Numbered from the stretch's first letter, positions 1 through 11,257 are shown. The stretch: 64,000 bases of DNA from Rhodoluna sp. (GCA_044345815.1 JBIJAI010000004.1:2585-66584); one strand, 5' to 3'. Notes: generated by a model from the sequence alone, not told the origin. Numbers and translations: made by a program.

Positions 1-204
1 TATGACGCCTTTGATGGTGAATGGCGAGCCATTGGTCTGTCTGGTCCTGCCAGAAGAGCACTGGTCAACGCCAAGCTTTATAAGGTCTCTGATTTGCGGA
101 AGATCACTTCAGCTGAGCTGGATCAGCTGCACGGGATGGGCAAATCATCTATTGCCCGAATCAAGGTCATCATGCATGGCAAGAAGATTAGCTTTCGCCT
201 CTAG
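1..204 (+). CDS. 3' end of a small protein with an RNA polymerase alpha-CTD-like / helix-hairpin-helix domain (5'-truncated by window)
   Basis: Not in ORF track. Frame 1 reads YDAFDGEWRAIGLSGPARRALVNAKLYKVSDLRKITSAELDQLHGMGKSSIARIKVIMHGKKISFRL* with TAG at 202-204. The LSxPARRAL...DL...EL..LHGMG pattern resembles alpha-CTD-like proteins. Confidence 0.7.
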   Translation, partial: YDAFDGEWRAIGLSGPARRALVNAKLYKVSDLRKITSAELDQLHGMGKSSIARIKVIMHGKKISFRL

Positions 205-266
205 CAAGCTAAGGCCTTGCCCAAAGCCAGTAAAGTTGAGACATTGACTGGGTTTGGGAGCAATAA

Positions 267-1295
267 GTGTCGAAAACGATAAAGCTTGGGGTAATCCCTG
301 GCGATGGCATCGGTCCTGAAGTGACCAAGCATGCTGTGTCTGCCCTAGAACTAGCTGCCCCAAACGTTACCTTTATACAGACCGAGTATGACTTTGGCGC
401 TAAGCGCTATAACGCAACCGGTGAGGCGCTAACCGATAAAGACCTTGAAGAACTAGCCAAGCAAGATGCACTACTTCTTGGAGCCATCGGAGACCCAAGC
501 GTCCCTTCAGGAATCCTGGAACGAGGGTTTCTTTTGAAACTTCGCTTCGGCTTCGATCACTATGTGAACCTTCGTCCAACCAAGCTGCTGCCAGGAGTTG
601 CATCCCCACTTGCTAACCCAGGGGAGATTGACTTTGTTGTGGTTCGTGAGGGTACCGAAGGGCTTTACCTTGGCCAGGGGGAAGTGACCGATAAGGGCAC
701 CCCTCAGGAAAAAGCCACAGAGTTCTCTATCAACACAGCCTCAGGTGTTGAGCGGATTGTTCGCTATGGCTTTGAATTGGCAGCTTCTCGCGCTCGCAAG
801 AAACTGACTCTGGTCCATAAGCACAACGTTCTAGTTCGCGCTGGAAGCTTGTATCAGGACACCGTGAACCGCATTGCCAAGGAATTCCCTGCTGTTTCTC
901 ACGATTACCTTCACATCGATGCAGCGACGATTTTCATGGTCACAGATCCTGCTCGCTTTGATGTGATTGTGACCGATAATCTATTCGGAGACATCATCAC
1001 TGACCTAGCCGCTGCCATAAGCGGAGGCATAGGGCTAGCGGCAAGTGGAAATCTGAACCCAACGGGTAAGTTCCCATCGATGTTTGAGCCGATACACGGT
1101 TCAGCCCCAGATATTGCAGGCCAGAACAAGGCCAACCCAACCGCAGCCATTCAATCGGCTGCAATGCTTCTTCGTCACATCGGAGAGGTAAGTTCTGCAG
1201 ATCGGCTAGAAGCCGCAATTGCAACTGCACTGGCTAAAGGCCAGTCGGGTAAATCAACAACAGAGATTGCTGACGCGATCTTTGCAGGGCTATAA
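267..1295 (+). CDS. leuB: 3-isopropylmalate dehydrogenase
   Basis: [23 protein letters not shown] and [13 protein letters not shown] motifs; next to ilvE. Confidence 0.95.
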   Translation: MSKTIKLGVIPGDGIGPEVTKHAVSALELAAPNVTFIQTEYDFGAKRYNATGEALTDKDLEELAKQDALLLGAIGDPSVPSGILERGFLLKLRFGFDHYVNLRPTKLLPGVASPLANPGEIDFVVVREGTEGLYLGQGEVTDKGTPQEKATEFSINTASGVERIVRYGFELAASRARKKLTLVHKHNVLVRAGSLYQDTVNRIAKEFPAVSHDYLHIDAATIFMVTDPARFDVIVTDNLFGDIITDLAAAISGGIGLAASGNLNPTGKFPSMFEPIHGSAPDIAGQNKANPTAAIQSAAMLLRHIGEVSSADRLEAAIATALAKGQSGKSTTEIADAIFAGL

Positions 1296-1310
1296 GACTT
1301 TAGGAAAATC

Positions 1311-2402
1311 ATGAGCTTATCTTTTGAGGTGACCAGAAACCCAAACCCGGTTTCAGATGCTGATCGCGAAGCGATCATCGCAAACCCTACCTTTGGTACC
1401 CATTTCACTGACCACCAAGTTGTCGTTGTATGGGAAAAGGATAAGGGTTGGACCGAGGCCAAAGTAATTCCTTACGGCCCAATGCTGATGGATCCATCCA
1501 GCGCTGTTCTTCACTACGGCCAGGAAATCTTCGAAGGAATTAAGGCCTACCGCCACGACGATGGTTCAATCTGGACCTTTAGACCCAAGATGAACGCTGC
1601 TCGCTTGCAGCGATCTGCTCAACGCATGGCACTTCCTGAACTTCCAGAAGAGATCTTCATCGAGTCTTTGAAGCAGCTAATCGCTGTTGATGGGGCCTGG
1701 GTTCCAAAGCCTGAGAATGAAAAGACTTTGTACTTTAGACCTTTTGAAATTGCAGCCGAGAACTTCCTTGGTGTGCGGGCAGCTCACCGAGCTGAGTACC
1801 GCGTTATTGCATCTCCTGTTGGCCCTTATTTCACCGGGGGAGTAAAGCCAGTATCAATTTGGATTGCTTTGGATTCAGCTCGAGCTGGAAAGCACGGAAC
1901 TGGGGAAGCAAAAACCGGAGGAAACTACGCAGCTTCTTTGCTGGCTCAGAACGAAGGCTACGAGCAGGGTTGCTCGCAGGTTATGTTCCTGGATGCTGAA
2001 ACTGCGACCTACATTGAAGAGCTCGGTGGCATGAACCTGTTTTTTGTACACGCCGATGGCAAAGTGTCAACTCCATCTCTTGATGGAACAATCCTTCGCG
2101 GAATCACCAGGGATTCGATCATCACCTTGCTAAAAGATCGCGGACACGAAGTATCAGAGCGCAAGATAACTCTCGATGAGGTTCGAAAAGGGTTCAACTC
2201 AGGCGAAATCACTGAGATCTTTGCCTGTGGCACCGCGGCCGTTATTACCCCGGTTGGAATGCTCAAATCCAAGGTTGAGCAGATTGGTTCACCAGATGCT
2301 GCCCCTGGCAAGCTAACCGTTTCACTCAGAGAAGAGCTAACTTCTATTCAGTACGGTCGCTTGGAAGATAAACACGGATGGATGCATAGACTTTCAGCAT
2401 GA
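1311..2402 (+). CDS. ilvE: branched-chain amino acid aminotransferase
   Basis: LHYGQEIFEGIKAY, AKTGGNYA (PLP Lys), EELGGMN, GITRDS, CGTAAVI. Confidence 0.96.
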   Translation: MSLSFEVTRNPNPVSDADREAIIANPTFGTHFTDHQVVVVWEKDKGWTEAKVIPYGPMLMDPSSAVLHYGQEIFEGIKAYRHDDGSIWTFRPKMNAARLQRSAQRMALPELPEEIFIESLKQLIAVDGAWVPKPENEKTLYFRPFEIAAENFLGVRAAHRAEYRVIASPVGPYFTGGVKPVSIWIALDSARAGKHGTGEAKTGGNYAASLLAQNEGYEQGCSQVMFLDAETATYIEELGGMNLFFVHADGKVSTPSLDGTILRGITRDSIITLLKDRGHEVSERKITLDEVRKGFNSGEITEIFACGTAAVITPVGMLKSKVEQIGSPDAAPGKLTVSLREELTSIQYGRLEDKHGWMHRLSA

Positions 2403-3154
2403 AGATAGCCAGATTCAGTAATGGCTCTGATCCCAGATTCGGTATCGTCGACGGACCAGAACTTGTGGTTCTAAAAGGGCACCCGCTAGCAGTTGGCTAT
2501 GACACAACCGGAGAGCGAATTCCACTCAAGGACGTAAAGCTCCTGGCTCCAACCATTCCTTCCAAGGTGATTTGCATCGGTAAGAACTTCGCCGATCACG
2601 CTGCCGAAATCGGAGAAGAAGTTACTGCTGAGCCTTTGATTTTCTTCAAGCCTTCGAGTGCAATCATTGGCCACGGCGAGGCAATTGTTATCCCGCCGCA
2701 GTCAAAACAAGTTGAGCTTGAGGCTGAGCTAACAATTGTGATTGGCAAGCTTGCCAAGAACGTCTCTGAGGAAGATTCTCTGGACTATGTCTGGGGATAC
2801 ACCATCGCTAATGATGTGACCGCCAGGGATTTGCAATTCAATGATGGCCAGTGGGCCAGATCCAAAGCGTTTGACACTTTTTGCCCTCTAGGACCTTGGA
2901 TTGAAACCGAGTTTCTACCCGACGGGCAGGTAATTGAATCTCGAATCAACGGGGACATCAAGCAAAACGTCTCAATCTCGAAGATGACCCATAACATCAG
3001 AACCATGGTTTCTTATGTGTCTAAGAACATGACGCTGGTTCCAGGGGATATCATCCTTACCGGATCGCCCGCCGGAATAAGCCAAATCAAATCAGGGGAT
3101 TTGATTGAGTGCGAGATTGAAGGAATTGGCATCCTGGCAAACTCCGTTATCTGA
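2399..3154 (+). CDS. fumarylacetoacetate hydrolase family protein
   Basis: IGKNFADH, FFKP, ELEAEL, NDVTARD, KAFDTFCPLGP; usual gltX neighbour in Actinobacteria. Confidence 0.92.
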   Translation: MKIARFSNGSDPRFGIVDGPELVVLKGHPLAVGYDTTGERIPLKDVKLLAPTIPSKVICIGKNFADHAAEIGEEVTAEPLIFFKPSSAIIGHGEAIVIPPQSKQVELEAELTIVIGKLAKNVSEEDSLDYVWGYTIANDVTARDLQFNDGQWARSKAFDTFCPLGPWIETEFLPDGQVIESRINGDIKQNVSISKMTHNIRTMVSYVSKNMTLVPGDIILTGSPAGISQIKSGDLIECEIEGIGILANSVI

Positions 3155-3178
3155 TTGGTCTTCTAGACTTATCTCATA

Positions 3179-4684
3179 ATGACAAACCAGATCACCGCCC
3201 CTTTCACAACAGCCACCGGAAAAGACATCCGGGTTCGCTTTTGCCCTAGCCCTACCGGCACCCCGCACGTGGGTCTTGTCCGCACCGCTTTGTTCAACTG
3301 GGCCTACGCTCGTCACACCGGCGGAACTTTTATCTTCCGTATTGAAGACACCGACCAAGAGCGCGACAGCGAAGAATCTTACGAGCAGATCATCGAGGCT
3401 TTGTCTTGGCTTGGACTGGATTGGGACGAAGGCATCAACGTTGGCGGACCCAACGAGCCATATAGACAGTCTCAGCGTATGGATATCTATAAGGAAGTAG
3501 TTGAGAAACTAAAGGCCGCAGGGCATCTATACGAAAGCTTTCTAACCGGCGAAGAAATCGATGCCAGAAACGAAGCAGCGGGTCGTGCCAAGCAGCTTGG
3601 CTACGACAACTCAGAGAGAGATTTGGACCAGGCCACAAAAGATAAGTATCTGGCTGAAGGAAGAACTCCAGCTCTTAGGCTTCGAGTTCCAGATTCAGAC
3701 ATTAGCTTTACTGACCTTGTTCGAGGGGAAATCACATTCCCGGCTGGATCTTTTCCCGACTTTGTTGTGGTTCGCCCAAATGGGCATCCCCTATACACAC
3801 TGGTAAACCCAGTCGATGATGCCCTGATGGGTGTGACCCATGTATTGCGCGGCGAAGACTTACTTTCTTCGACCCCTAGACAGATCGCTTTGTATAACGC
3901 GATGGTTCAGGCTGGAATTACAACTTTCATCCCACAGTTTGGTCACCTGCCATACGTGATGGGAGAGGGCAACAAGAAGCTTTCCAAGCGAGACCCAGAA
4001 AGCAACCTATTCCACCACCGCGACCGCGGCTTTATCCCAGAAGGACTTTTGAACTACCTAGCTCTACTTGGCTGGGGACTAAGCGCAGATCAGGACATCT
4101 TCACCCTGGAGGAAATGGCCAAGGCATTCGATGTTCACGATGTGAACCCAAACCCTGCCAGATTCGATTTGAAAAAAGCCGATGCCATAAACGCCACCCA
4201 TATCAGATCCCTTGCTGCCGATGACTTTGCTAGTCGCCTGATTCCGTACCTACAAAAAGGTGATGTTCTCTCTAACCCTCCAACTACCGCGCAGCTAGAG
4301 ATACTCACCAAAGCTGCACCGCTGATTCAAGAGCGCATCACCGTGCTTGGCGAGGCTAGTGGCATGCTGGGCTTTTTGTTTACTGATTCTTCGAAGATCA
4401 CAATCGAAGAAGATGCCCTAAAGGGCATGCCAGAAAATGCCAAGGCAATAGTTGCAGCAGCAGTTTCTGCAATTTCTGGTCTGTCTAATTTCACAACTGA
4501 AGCTTTACAAGAATCACTAAACAAGGTTCTTGTTGAAGACATGGGCGAAAAGCCAAAGAATGCCTTTGGCCCTCTTCGCACCGCTATCTCTGGTCGAAGA
4601 GTTTCTCCGCCACTGTTTGAGTCGATGGAGATTCTCGGTAAGGCCGAAACACTAGCTCGCTTAGAGCTGTTTGCCCGCAGCTAA
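3179..4684 (+). CDS. gltX: glutamate--tRNA ligase
   Basis: [13 protein letters not shown] (HIGH), RIEDTD, KKLSKR (KMSKS). Confidence 0.97.
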   Translation: MTNQITAPFTTATGKDIRVRFCPSPTGTPHVGLVRTALFNWAYARHTGGTFIFRIEDTDQERDSEESYEQIIEALSWLGLDWDEGINVGGPNEPYRQSQRMDIYKEVVEKLKAAGHLYESFLTGEEIDARNEAAGRAKQLGYDNSERDLDQATKDKYLAEGRTPALRLRVPDSDISFTDLVRGEITFPAGSFPDFVVVRPNGHPLYTLVNPVDDALMGVTHVLRGEDLLSSTPRQIALYNAMVQAGITTFIPQFGHLPYVMGEGNKKLSKRDPESNLFHHRDRGFIPEGLLNYLALLGWGLSADQDIFTLEEMAKAFDVHDVNPNPARFDLKKADAINATHIRSLAADDFASRLIPYLQKGDVLSNPPTTAQLEILTKAAPLIQERITVLGEASGMLGFLFTDSSKITIEEDALKGMPENAKAIVAAAVSAISGLSNFTTEALQESLNKVLVEDMGEKPKNAFGPLRTAISGRRVSPPLFESMEILGKAETLARLELFARS

Positions 4685-4733
4685 CTCCCAAGCTAGGATT
4701 GGAAGCTGGGCCAGGGCCCAGTCAAAAATCCCT

Positions 4734-4805
4734 TGGGGTATGGTGTAATTGGCAACACGGATGATTCTGGTTCATTTGTTCTTGGTTCGAGTCCAGGTAC
4801 CCCAG
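4734..4805 (+). tRNA. tRNA-Gln (CTG)
   Basis: TGGGGTA/TACCCCA acceptor stem, anticodon loop TT-CTG-GT, GGTTCGAGTCC T-arm; no encoded CCA. Confidence 0.95.
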
Positions 4806-4809
4806 CAAG

Positions 4810-5445
4810 TTAAATGTTCAGGCTCTCGCCAACTTTTAGATAAGTAAATTCCCCACCAAATTGCTCGGTGACTAGCTTTACTCTTCCGTTGTTTAGGTCA
4901 TGCCCTAAATCACTGAGTAGAGCGTTGTGGGTTGCAAAGCTTTGCCTTGGCTTCACCGCTGCAACAAAATCCATCACATCGCCAATTTTCAGCCACGGAG
5001 CACTGGTCGGGCAGGCCAACACCTCTACTGGAACATCTGGAGTGGTGTAGCTATCTCCCGGGTAGTAAAGCTTTCCGTTTACCATCACGCCGGTATTTTG
5101 AATCAACGGGATGCTTTCGTGAATGATCTGGTGCATATCCCCAAAGAACTCAAAGCTAAAGCCTTGCTCCTGATAAAAATCACCATGGTAAACGGTTTTG
5201 ACATCAAAGCCTGAAAGCTTGGCAGCTACCTCGCTAGTTCCAAAGATTTTGATTCCGGGGTTGGACTCTACAATCCCTGCCACTTGGACTTCGAAGCAGT
5301 GGTCATCGTGGGAGTGAGTGATTACCAGCGCAACCACGTCCTTGAGCCCCGAGACATCCTCGGTATAAAAGCCAGGGTCAATTAGGGCTTTCTTGCCTGC
5401 AACTTCTAGCTCGAGGCAGGCATGACCGTGCTTGGTGATCTTCAT
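4810..5445 (-). CDS. MBL-fold metallo-hydrolase
   Basis: MKITKHGHAC, LIDPG, ITHSHDDH, YYPGDS. Start moved to ATG 5445, which lies 7 nt after a TAGACT -10. Confidence 0.9.
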   Translation of the reverse strand: MKITKHGHACLELEVAGKKALIDPGFYTEDVSGLKDVVALVITHSHDDHCFEVQVAGIVESNPGIKIFGTSEVAAKLSGFDVKTVYHGDFYQEQGFSFEFFGDMHQIIHESIPLIQNTGVMVNGKLYYPGDSYTTPDVPVEVLACPTSAPWLKIGDVMDFVAAVKPRQSFATHNALLSDLGHDLNNGRVKLVTEQFGGEFTYLKVGESLNI

Positions 5446-5500
5446 GTTTCCGAGTCTAGCTTTCTCACTCAATACGCCTTCTCGGTGCTAGTGTCTAGCA

Positions 5501-6397
5501 ATGCGCATTGGCATTGTCGTCAACCCGGTTGCTGGAGGTAGCCGCGGCGCCCAAGTGGGTGCCGAGGTTTTATCTTTGCTGTCAAAATCCGAACATGCCA
5601 TCACGGATCTAAGCGGAGTAACAGTTTCAGAGGCTCGATCAAAGATCGAGTCCGCTTTGGCGGATAAAACAGTGGATGCCTTGGTGTTTGTTGGTGGCGA
5701 TGGCATCGCTCATCTCGGAACAAATCTGTGCGCTGGGAAAAACATCCTGATGGCAATTATTCCTGCCGGTACCGGCAACGATGCAGCCGCAATGCTGGGC
5801 ATGCCACTTACCAATACCGCAGAGGCCGTTCGTTTAGTTCTCGAGGGCTTGTCTTCACCTAAGAAGATCGACGCGATCAAGGTTTCTCATGGCGGCAAGC
5901 TGACTTGGGCCCTTGGTTCAGCCTCAGCTGGATTTGATGCTCTGGCAGCTGCCAGAGCAAATGCCATTAGCTGGCCGAAGGGTCCGATGCGCTACTACGT
6001 AGCAATGCTGCTGGAGCTTGCGAAGTTTAAGCCGATTAAGTATCAGAGCGTTGTCGAGGGGACTCCACGAGATTTTGAAGCGATGCTTTGCGTTGTGAGC
6101 AACACCGGTATCTATGGCGGGGGCATGCTGGTAGTGCCTGGCGCATCGGCAACGGATGGAACCTTGGATGTTTTGCTGGTGAAAAAGATGAGCAGATTGA
6201 AGTTTGTGACAATCTTCCCGAAGGTTTACAAGGGAACTCACATAACTGACAAAGATGTTGAGATTTTCAAAGCAACAAAGATTTCGATTGCTGCTAGCGG
6301 TATGCCGATCTACTCAGACGGTGAATACGTTGGCCAAGCTCCATTTGAGGCTGAAGTTGTTCCAGGAGCGCTAACTATGGTTGCCCCTGCAATCTAG
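5501..6397 (+). CDS. diacylglycerol kinase family (YegS/DagK-like) lipid kinase
   Basis: NPVAG, GGDG, PAGTGND, YGGG, DGE motifs. Confidence 0.9.
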   Translation: MRIGIVVNPVAGGSRGAQVGAEVLSLLSKSEHAITDLSGVTVSEARSKIESALADKTVDALVFVGGDGIAHLGTNLCAGKNILMAIIPAGTGNDAAAMLGMPLTNTAEAVRLVLEGLSSPKKIDAIKVSHGGKLTWALGSASAGFDALAAARANAISWPKGPMRYYVAMLLELAKFKPIKYQSVVEGTPRDFEAMLCVVSNTGIYGGGMLVVPGASATDGTLDVLLVKKMSRLKFVTIFPKVYKGTHITDKDVEIFKATKISIAASGMPIYSDGEYVGQAPFEAEVVPGALTMVAPAI

Positions 6398-6446
6398 GGA
6401 CTAGTTAGTCAACCAGTGGTGTGGCATAATGGCAAGGTTGCTACTC

Positions 6447-6519
6447 GGCCCCATCGTTTAGCGGCCTAGGACACTGCCCTCTCACGGCAGCGGCGCGGGT
6501 TCGAATCCCGCTGGGGTCA
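6447..6519 (+). tRNA. tRNA-Glu (CTC)
   Basis: GGCCCCA/TGGGGTC acceptor stem, anticodon arm CTGCC-CT-CTC-AC-GGCAG, GGTTCGAATCC T-arm. Confidence 0.95.
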
Positions 6520-6520
6520 C

Positions 6521-6556
6521 AATTCGCTCTCGATGACAAAATCTCGGGAGCGAGTT
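6521..6556. terminator. hairpin between tRNA-Glu and the convergent MFS gene (possible bidirectional terminator)
   Basis: AATTCGCTCTCGA ... TCGGGAGCGAGTT inverted repeat with G-U pairs. Confidence 0.6.
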
Positions 6557-6568
6557 TGCCTTTAAGGA

Positions 6569-7846
6569 CTATTCGTGAACTGGCAGATCTTCGATGCCTG
6601 CGCGTTTAGCCTGTTTAGACCGGTAGCTACCGATCAGCACCGACATCACAGTAATCACCGTGACTGGAAACAAGGTAATTAGGTTTAGGCCGGTGAACAT
6701 AAACAAAGCCACAAGTGTTCCTGAGATAGCGCCACCAAAAGCACCAGAGAGATTCATCAGCGAATCACTTAGTCCTTGAACGTTGGTCTTTTGATCGGCT
6801 GGAACACTAACCGTTAGAAGCGCTGAGCCGGAAACAGTTGCTGCCGACCAGCCAAGACCAAGTAAGAAAAGCCCCAAGGTTACTGCGTCGTGGGTTTCTG
6901 AGCCCAGTCCTGCAATCAATAAAGCAGCCACGAAGATTAGCTGGCCAGTCAAGATGGTCTTGACTGGGCCGATTCTGTCGCTAAGCATTCCAAACAGCGG
7001 AGCAAAGGCATACATGCCAAGAATGTGCAGGCTGATTACAAACCCGACCACAACGAGCGACCCTCCGTGGCTTGTGACGTGCACGGGGGTCATGCTCATC
7101 ACGGCAACCATCACCATGTGAGATAAAGCAATCGAGATGATGGCGTAAGCGGCAACCGGGTACTGCTTCAAGGTGGCAAAAGCCGAACCCAGGGAAACCT
7201 TGGGTTTGGTGGTGAGGCTATCTGCGGCAATTTGCTTGGCAACTAACAGAGGGTCTGGTCGAAGCCCAAACCAGAACACTGTAGTTGCCATCATTTGAGC
7301 TGCGATGGTGAATACAAATGGTCCGGTTAGTTCCGGCAGGCCCAGCCAGTTTCCAACAACCTCACCAGGACCAAACAAGTTAGGGCCTGTAACGGCTCCG
7401 ATGGTTGTTGCCCACACCACAAGAGAAAGGTCCTTACCAACTTTTTTGTTGGTTGGAATATCAGTTGCTGCAAATCGAGCCTGCAAGCTAGCTGCCGAAC
7501 CTGCACCGAGCATAAACAGAGCAAGTAGAAGAAGCGGAAAGAATTTCACTGCAGCTGCAGTGATTACCAAAGTTGCGCCTGTGATGGCAAGTGCTGCACC
7601 AAGAGCTAGAGCAACGCGTCTGCCTTTTGCAAATGCAAGCCGAGCAAGTGGAATTGCCCAAACGGCAGTTCCAAGAGTAGAAAATGTAGCGGCAGCTCCT
7701 GACCAGGCAACTGTTCCAGAAAGCTCAGCGGCAAGTAGGGCACCGATGGAAAGAGTGGATCCAAGGCCAAAGCCTCCAAGGATTTGGCCTAGAGCAAGCG
7801 TTCTAACAGTGCGTTTTTGCAGGAATTCAAGGCCATTTTCACTCAC
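6569..7846 (-). CDS. MFS transporter
   Basis: About 12 hydrophobic segments; GMLSDRIG motif A. Confidence 0.9.
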   Translation of the reverse strand: MSENGLEFLQKRTVRTLALGQILGGFGLGSTLSIGALLAAELSGTVAWSGAAATFSTLGTAVWAIPLARLAFAKGRRVALALGAALAITGATLVITAAAVKFFPLLLLALFMLGAGSAASLQARFAATDIPTNKKVGKDLSLVVWATTIGAVTGPNLFGPGEVVGNWLGLPELTGPFVFTIAAQMMATTVFWFGLRPDPLLVAKQIAADSLTTKPKVSLGSAFATLKQYPVAAYAIISIALSHMVMVAVMSMTPVHVTSHGGSLVVVGFVISLHILGMYAFAPLFGMLSDRIGPVKTILTGQLIFVAALLIAGLGSETHDAVTLGLFLLGLGWSAATVSGSALLTVSVPADQKTNVQGLSDSLMNLSGAFGGAISGTLVALFMFTGLNLITLFPVTVITVMSVLIGSYRSKQAKRAGIEDLPVHE

Positions 7847-7911
7847 CTGCCTAATCTACCCCTCGATTGGTAAACTGAGATTTCAGCAAATTTGAGGTGT
7901 CAAAAAAGCTA

Positions 7912-9339
7912 ATGTCTAATCCATCAAAGCCACTAACTCTGGCGGAAAAGCTCTGGGCCAGCCACTTGGTTGCCGAGGGTAAAGATGGTGCACCCGACCT
8001 TTTGTATATCGATCTTCATCTAGTTCATGAAGTCACCAGCCCTCAGGCCTTTGATGGTTTGCGCATGGCTGGACGTAAGGTTCGTCGTCCTGATCTGACT
8101 ATTGCAACCGAAGACCACAACACGCCAACAATCGATATTGATAAGCCAATTGCCGATCTGACCTCAAGAACACAGATCGAAGCCCTCAGAAAAAACGCTG
8201 CTGAATTCGGCATCCGAATTCACTCCCTAGGAGATAAAAACCAAGGCATCGTCCACGTAGTTGGTCCTCAGCTTGGACTTACCATGCCGGGAATCACTGT
8301 GGTTTGTGGCGACTCTCACACTTCCACCCACGGAGCCTTCGGAGCTCTAGCGATGGGAATTGGTACCAGCGAGGTAGAGCACGTGCTCGCCACCCAGACT
8401 CTTCCCCTGAAGCCATTCAAGACCATGGCCATCAACGTTGAAGGAACCCTTCGTCCAGGGGTCACCGCCAAGGACATCATCTTGGCCGTTATTGCCAAGA
8501 TCTCAACCGGAGGTGGTCAGGGCTACGCCCTGGAATACCGCGGTAGTGCAATTAGGTCTTTGTCGATGGAAGGTCGCATGACCATCTGCAACATGTCCAT
8601 CGAAGCTGGAGCTCGTGCTGGAATGGTTGCTCCCGATGAGATTACCTACGCGTACCTAAAGGGTCGCCCACATGCACCCGAGGGTCAAGAGTGGGACAAG
8701 GCTCTTGAGTACTGGAAGACACTGCCAACCGACGAAGGAGCGGTATTCGATGCCGAAGTATTCATCGACGCTGACACTCTTGACCCATTTGTGACTTGGG
8801 GAACTAACCCAGGTCAGGGAGTTTCCCTAATGGACTCTGTTCCAAACCCGGCGGACATCTCAGATCCAAACGAACGCGCTGCTGCCGAGCGCGCACTGGA
8901 ATACATGGACCTAAAGGCTGGAACTCCGATGAAGGAAATTGCAGTCAACACTGTATTCCTAGGCTCTTGCACCAACTCTCGCATTGAGGATCTTCGTGCA
9001 GCAGCAGCAATCGTTAAGGGCCAGAAAAAAGCGGACGGAGTTCGCATGATGGTAGTTCCTGGTTCTCAGAAGGTTCGCCTGCAGGCCGAAGAAGAAGGTA
9101 TCGACAAGATTTTCAAGGAGTTTGGTGCTGAGTGGCGCTTTGCCGGATGTTCGATGTGTTTGGGCATGAACCCAGACCAGCTAGCTCCAGGGGAGCGCGC
9201 CGCATCAACTTCTAACCGAAACTTTGAAGGTCGTCAGGGTAAGGGTGCTAGAACACACCTTGTTTCACCACTTGTTGCTGCAGCTACCGCTATTCGCGGA
9301 ACGCTATCGGCACCATCTGATCTTGAGTCGGTGAACTAA
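7912..9339 (+). CDS. leuC: 3-isopropylmalate dehydratase large subunit
   Basis: [43 protein letters not shown]; alternative GTG start at 7897. Confidence 0.97.
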   Translation: MSNPSKPLTLAEKLWASHLVAEGKDGAPDLLYIDLHLVHEVTSPQAFDGLRMAGRKVRRPDLTIATEDHNTPTIDIDKPIADLTSRTQIEALRKNAAEFGIRIHSLGDKNQGIVHVVGPQLGLTMPGITVVCGDSHTSTHGAFGALAMGIGTSEVEHVLATQTLPLKPFKTMAINVEGTLRPGVTAKDIILAVIAKISTGGGQGYALEYRGSAIRSLSMEGRMTICNMSIEAGARAGMVAPDEITYAYLKGRPHAPEGQEWDKALEYWKTLPTDEGAVFDAEVFIDADTLDPFVTWGTNPGQGVSLMDSVPNPADISDPNERAAAERALEYMDLKAGTPMKEIAVNTVFLGSCTNSRIEDLRAAAAIVKGQKKADGVRMMVVPGSQKVRLQAEEEGIDKIFKEFGAEWRFAGCSMCLGMNPDQLAPGERAASTSNRNFEGRQGKGARTHLVSPLVAAATAIRGTLSAPSDLESVN

Positions 9340-9942
9340 ATGGAAAAGATTGAAAAGTTTTCAGGTGTTGCCGTTCCACTAAAGCGCTCGAACGTTGATA
9401 CCGACCAGATCATTCCGGCGGTTTATTTAAAGCGAATTACAAAAACTGGTTTTGAGGATGCGCTGTTTGCTTCCTGGAAAGCCGAGCCTGATTTTGTTTT
9501 GAACCAGCCGGTGTTTGCTAACGGTGAAGTGCTTATTGCGGGTCCTGATTTTGGAACCGGTTCTTCTCGTGAACACGCCGTTTGGGCACTTCGCGACTGG
9601 GGCTTCAAGGCTGTGTTCTCAGCAAAGTTTGCAGATATCTTCCGTGGCAACTCTGGCAAGCAAGGATTTATCACCGGTGTTATTACCGAGGACGAAACTA
9701 AAGCGCTATGGGAGCTAATTGATGAGCAACCTGGTGTCAAAGCAACCGTTGATTTGCCGAACCAGAGGCTATCTTTGGGTGAGATGACTATTAGCTTTGA
9801 GATCGACCCTTATACCAAGTGGCGCTTGATGGAAGGGCTAGACGATATCGGTCTAACTCTTAGAGATGAGCCAGCTATCACCGCTTTTGAATCAAGCCGC
9901 GAGTCTTGGAGACCCCAGACGCTTCCAGCTAAGGGAATCTAA
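9340..9942 (+). CDS. leuD: 3-isopropylmalate dehydratase small subunit
   Basis: [21 protein letters not shown]. Confidence 0.97.
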   Translation: MEKIEKFSGVAVPLKRSNVDTDQIIPAVYLKRITKTGFEDALFASWKAEPDFVLNQPVFANGEVLIAGPDFGTGSSREHAVWALRDWGFKAVFSAKFADIFRGNSGKQGFITGVITEDETKALWELIDEQPGVKATVDLPNQRLSLGEMTISFEIDPYTKWRLMEGLDDIGLTLRDEPAITAFESSRESWRPQTLPAKGI

Positions 9943-11255
9943 TGAGTCAGATCAAGGTAAACGGTGGAAAGCCGCTCAACGGTCGCGTTGATCTAAAGGG
10001 AGCAAAGAACCTTGTAACAAAAGCGATGGTGGCAGCACTGCTTGCCGATACTCCATCTGTTCTAAAGGATGTTCCAAAGATCTCGGACGTTGAAGTTGTT
10101 TCAAGGCTTCTAGAGCTACACGGTGTCACTATTGATTTTGCTGACAACGGAGAAATGAAGCTTGACCCAAGAGGGGTCAAGCAAGCCCGCATGGTCGATA
10201 TCGATGCTCATGCCGGATCTTCCAGAATTCCAATTCTTTTCTGCGGACCGCTGCTTCACCAGTTAGGCGAAGCCTTTATCCCTGACCTTGGCGGCTGCCA
10301 TATCGGAGATAGACCAGTTGATTTCCACCTTGACGTGCTTCGAAACTTCGGGGCAGTCATTGAAAAGAGCCCTAACGGCACCAGGATGAGCGCCCCTAAT
10401 GGCCTTCACGGAGCCAAAGTAAATCTTCCGTACCCAAGCGTTGGAGCTACCGAGCAGGTACTTCTAACCTCAGTTCGCGCCAAGGGAATCACCGAACTAT
10501 CCGGTGCAGCCATTGAGCCTGAGATCATGGACCTAATTGCCATCTTGCAGAAGATGGGTGCCATCATCTCGGTGGATACCGATCGTGTAATTCGCATCGA
10601 GGGTGTTGAAACTCTCAATGGCTACACTCACCGCGCTCTGTTTGATCGCAACGAGGCAGCCTCTTGGGCAGCGGCAGCTTTAACTACCGGCGGAAATATC
10701 TTCGTTGGGGGAGCTAAGCAGCTTGAAATGACAACTTTCCTAAACGTGTTTAGGAAAGTCGGCGGCGCCTTTGACATCGAAGATGACGGCATTCGCTTCT
10801 ACCAGTCCGGTGCAGATTTGCATCCAGTAGTTATTGAAACCGACGTTCACCCAGGATTTATGACTGACTGGCAGCAGCCACTGGTTGTTGCCCTCACCCA
10901 GGCCAAGGGTCTTTCGATTGTTCACGAGACTGTTTATGAAAACCGTTTTGGTTTTACCGATGCGCTGGTGAAGATGGGTGCCCAGATTCAGATTTACCGT
11001 GAGTGCTTGGGTGGAAACCCTTGCCGCTTTGGTCAGCGAAACTTCTACCACTCTGCAGTTATCTCAGGACCTACTCCTCTAACCGGTGCAGACATCGAAG
11101 TTCCAGATCTTCGCGGCGGCTTTAGCCATATGGTTGCTGCCCTTGCAGCTAAGGGGACATCTAACGTAAGCAATGTTCAGCTAATTTCCAGAGGATATGA
11201 GCACTTCCTGGACAAGCTGAGTGCTCTCGGGGCCGACTTTAGTTATTCGGAGTAG
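9942..11255 (+). CDS. murA: UDP-N-acetylglucosamine 1-carboxyvinyltransferase
   Basis: GAKN, GGCHIGDRP, SVGATE, PGFMTD, DLRGG, RGY. Confidence 0.95.
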   Translation: MSQIKVNGGKPLNGRVDLKGAKNLVTKAMVAALLADTPSVLKDVPKISDVEVVSRLLELHGVTIDFADNGEMKLDPRGVKQARMVDIDAHAGSSRIPILFCGPLLHQLGEAFIPDLGGCHIGDRPVDFHLDVLRNFGAVIEKSPNGTRMSAPNGLHGAKVNLPYPSVGATEQVLLTSVRAKGITELSGAAIEPEIMDLIAILQKMGAIISVDTDRVIRIEGVETLNGYTHRALFDRNEAASWAAAALTTGGNIFVGGAKQLEMTTFLNVFRKVGGAFDIEDDGIRFYQSGADLHPVVIETDVHPGFMTDWQQPLVVALTQAKGLSIVHETVYENRFGFTDALVKMGAQIQIYRECLGGNPCRFGQRNFYHSAVISGPTPLTGADIEVPDLRGGFSHMVAALAAKGTSNVSNVQLISRGYEHFLDKLSALGADFSYSE

Positions 11256-11257
11256 TA

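Noticed and set aside
2-247. 81 aa ORF-track call in frame 2
   Set aside because: No recognisable motifs; frame 1 (1-204) gives a coherent alpha-CTD-like protein instead.
205-266. Leucine attenuator or leader peptide before leuB (also checked before leuC)
   Set aside because: The intergenic regions are too short; no Leu-rich mini-ORF or terminator hairpin.
7305-7895. 196 aa plus-strand ORF
   Set aside because: Antisense shadow of the MFS transporter; no motifs or RBS.
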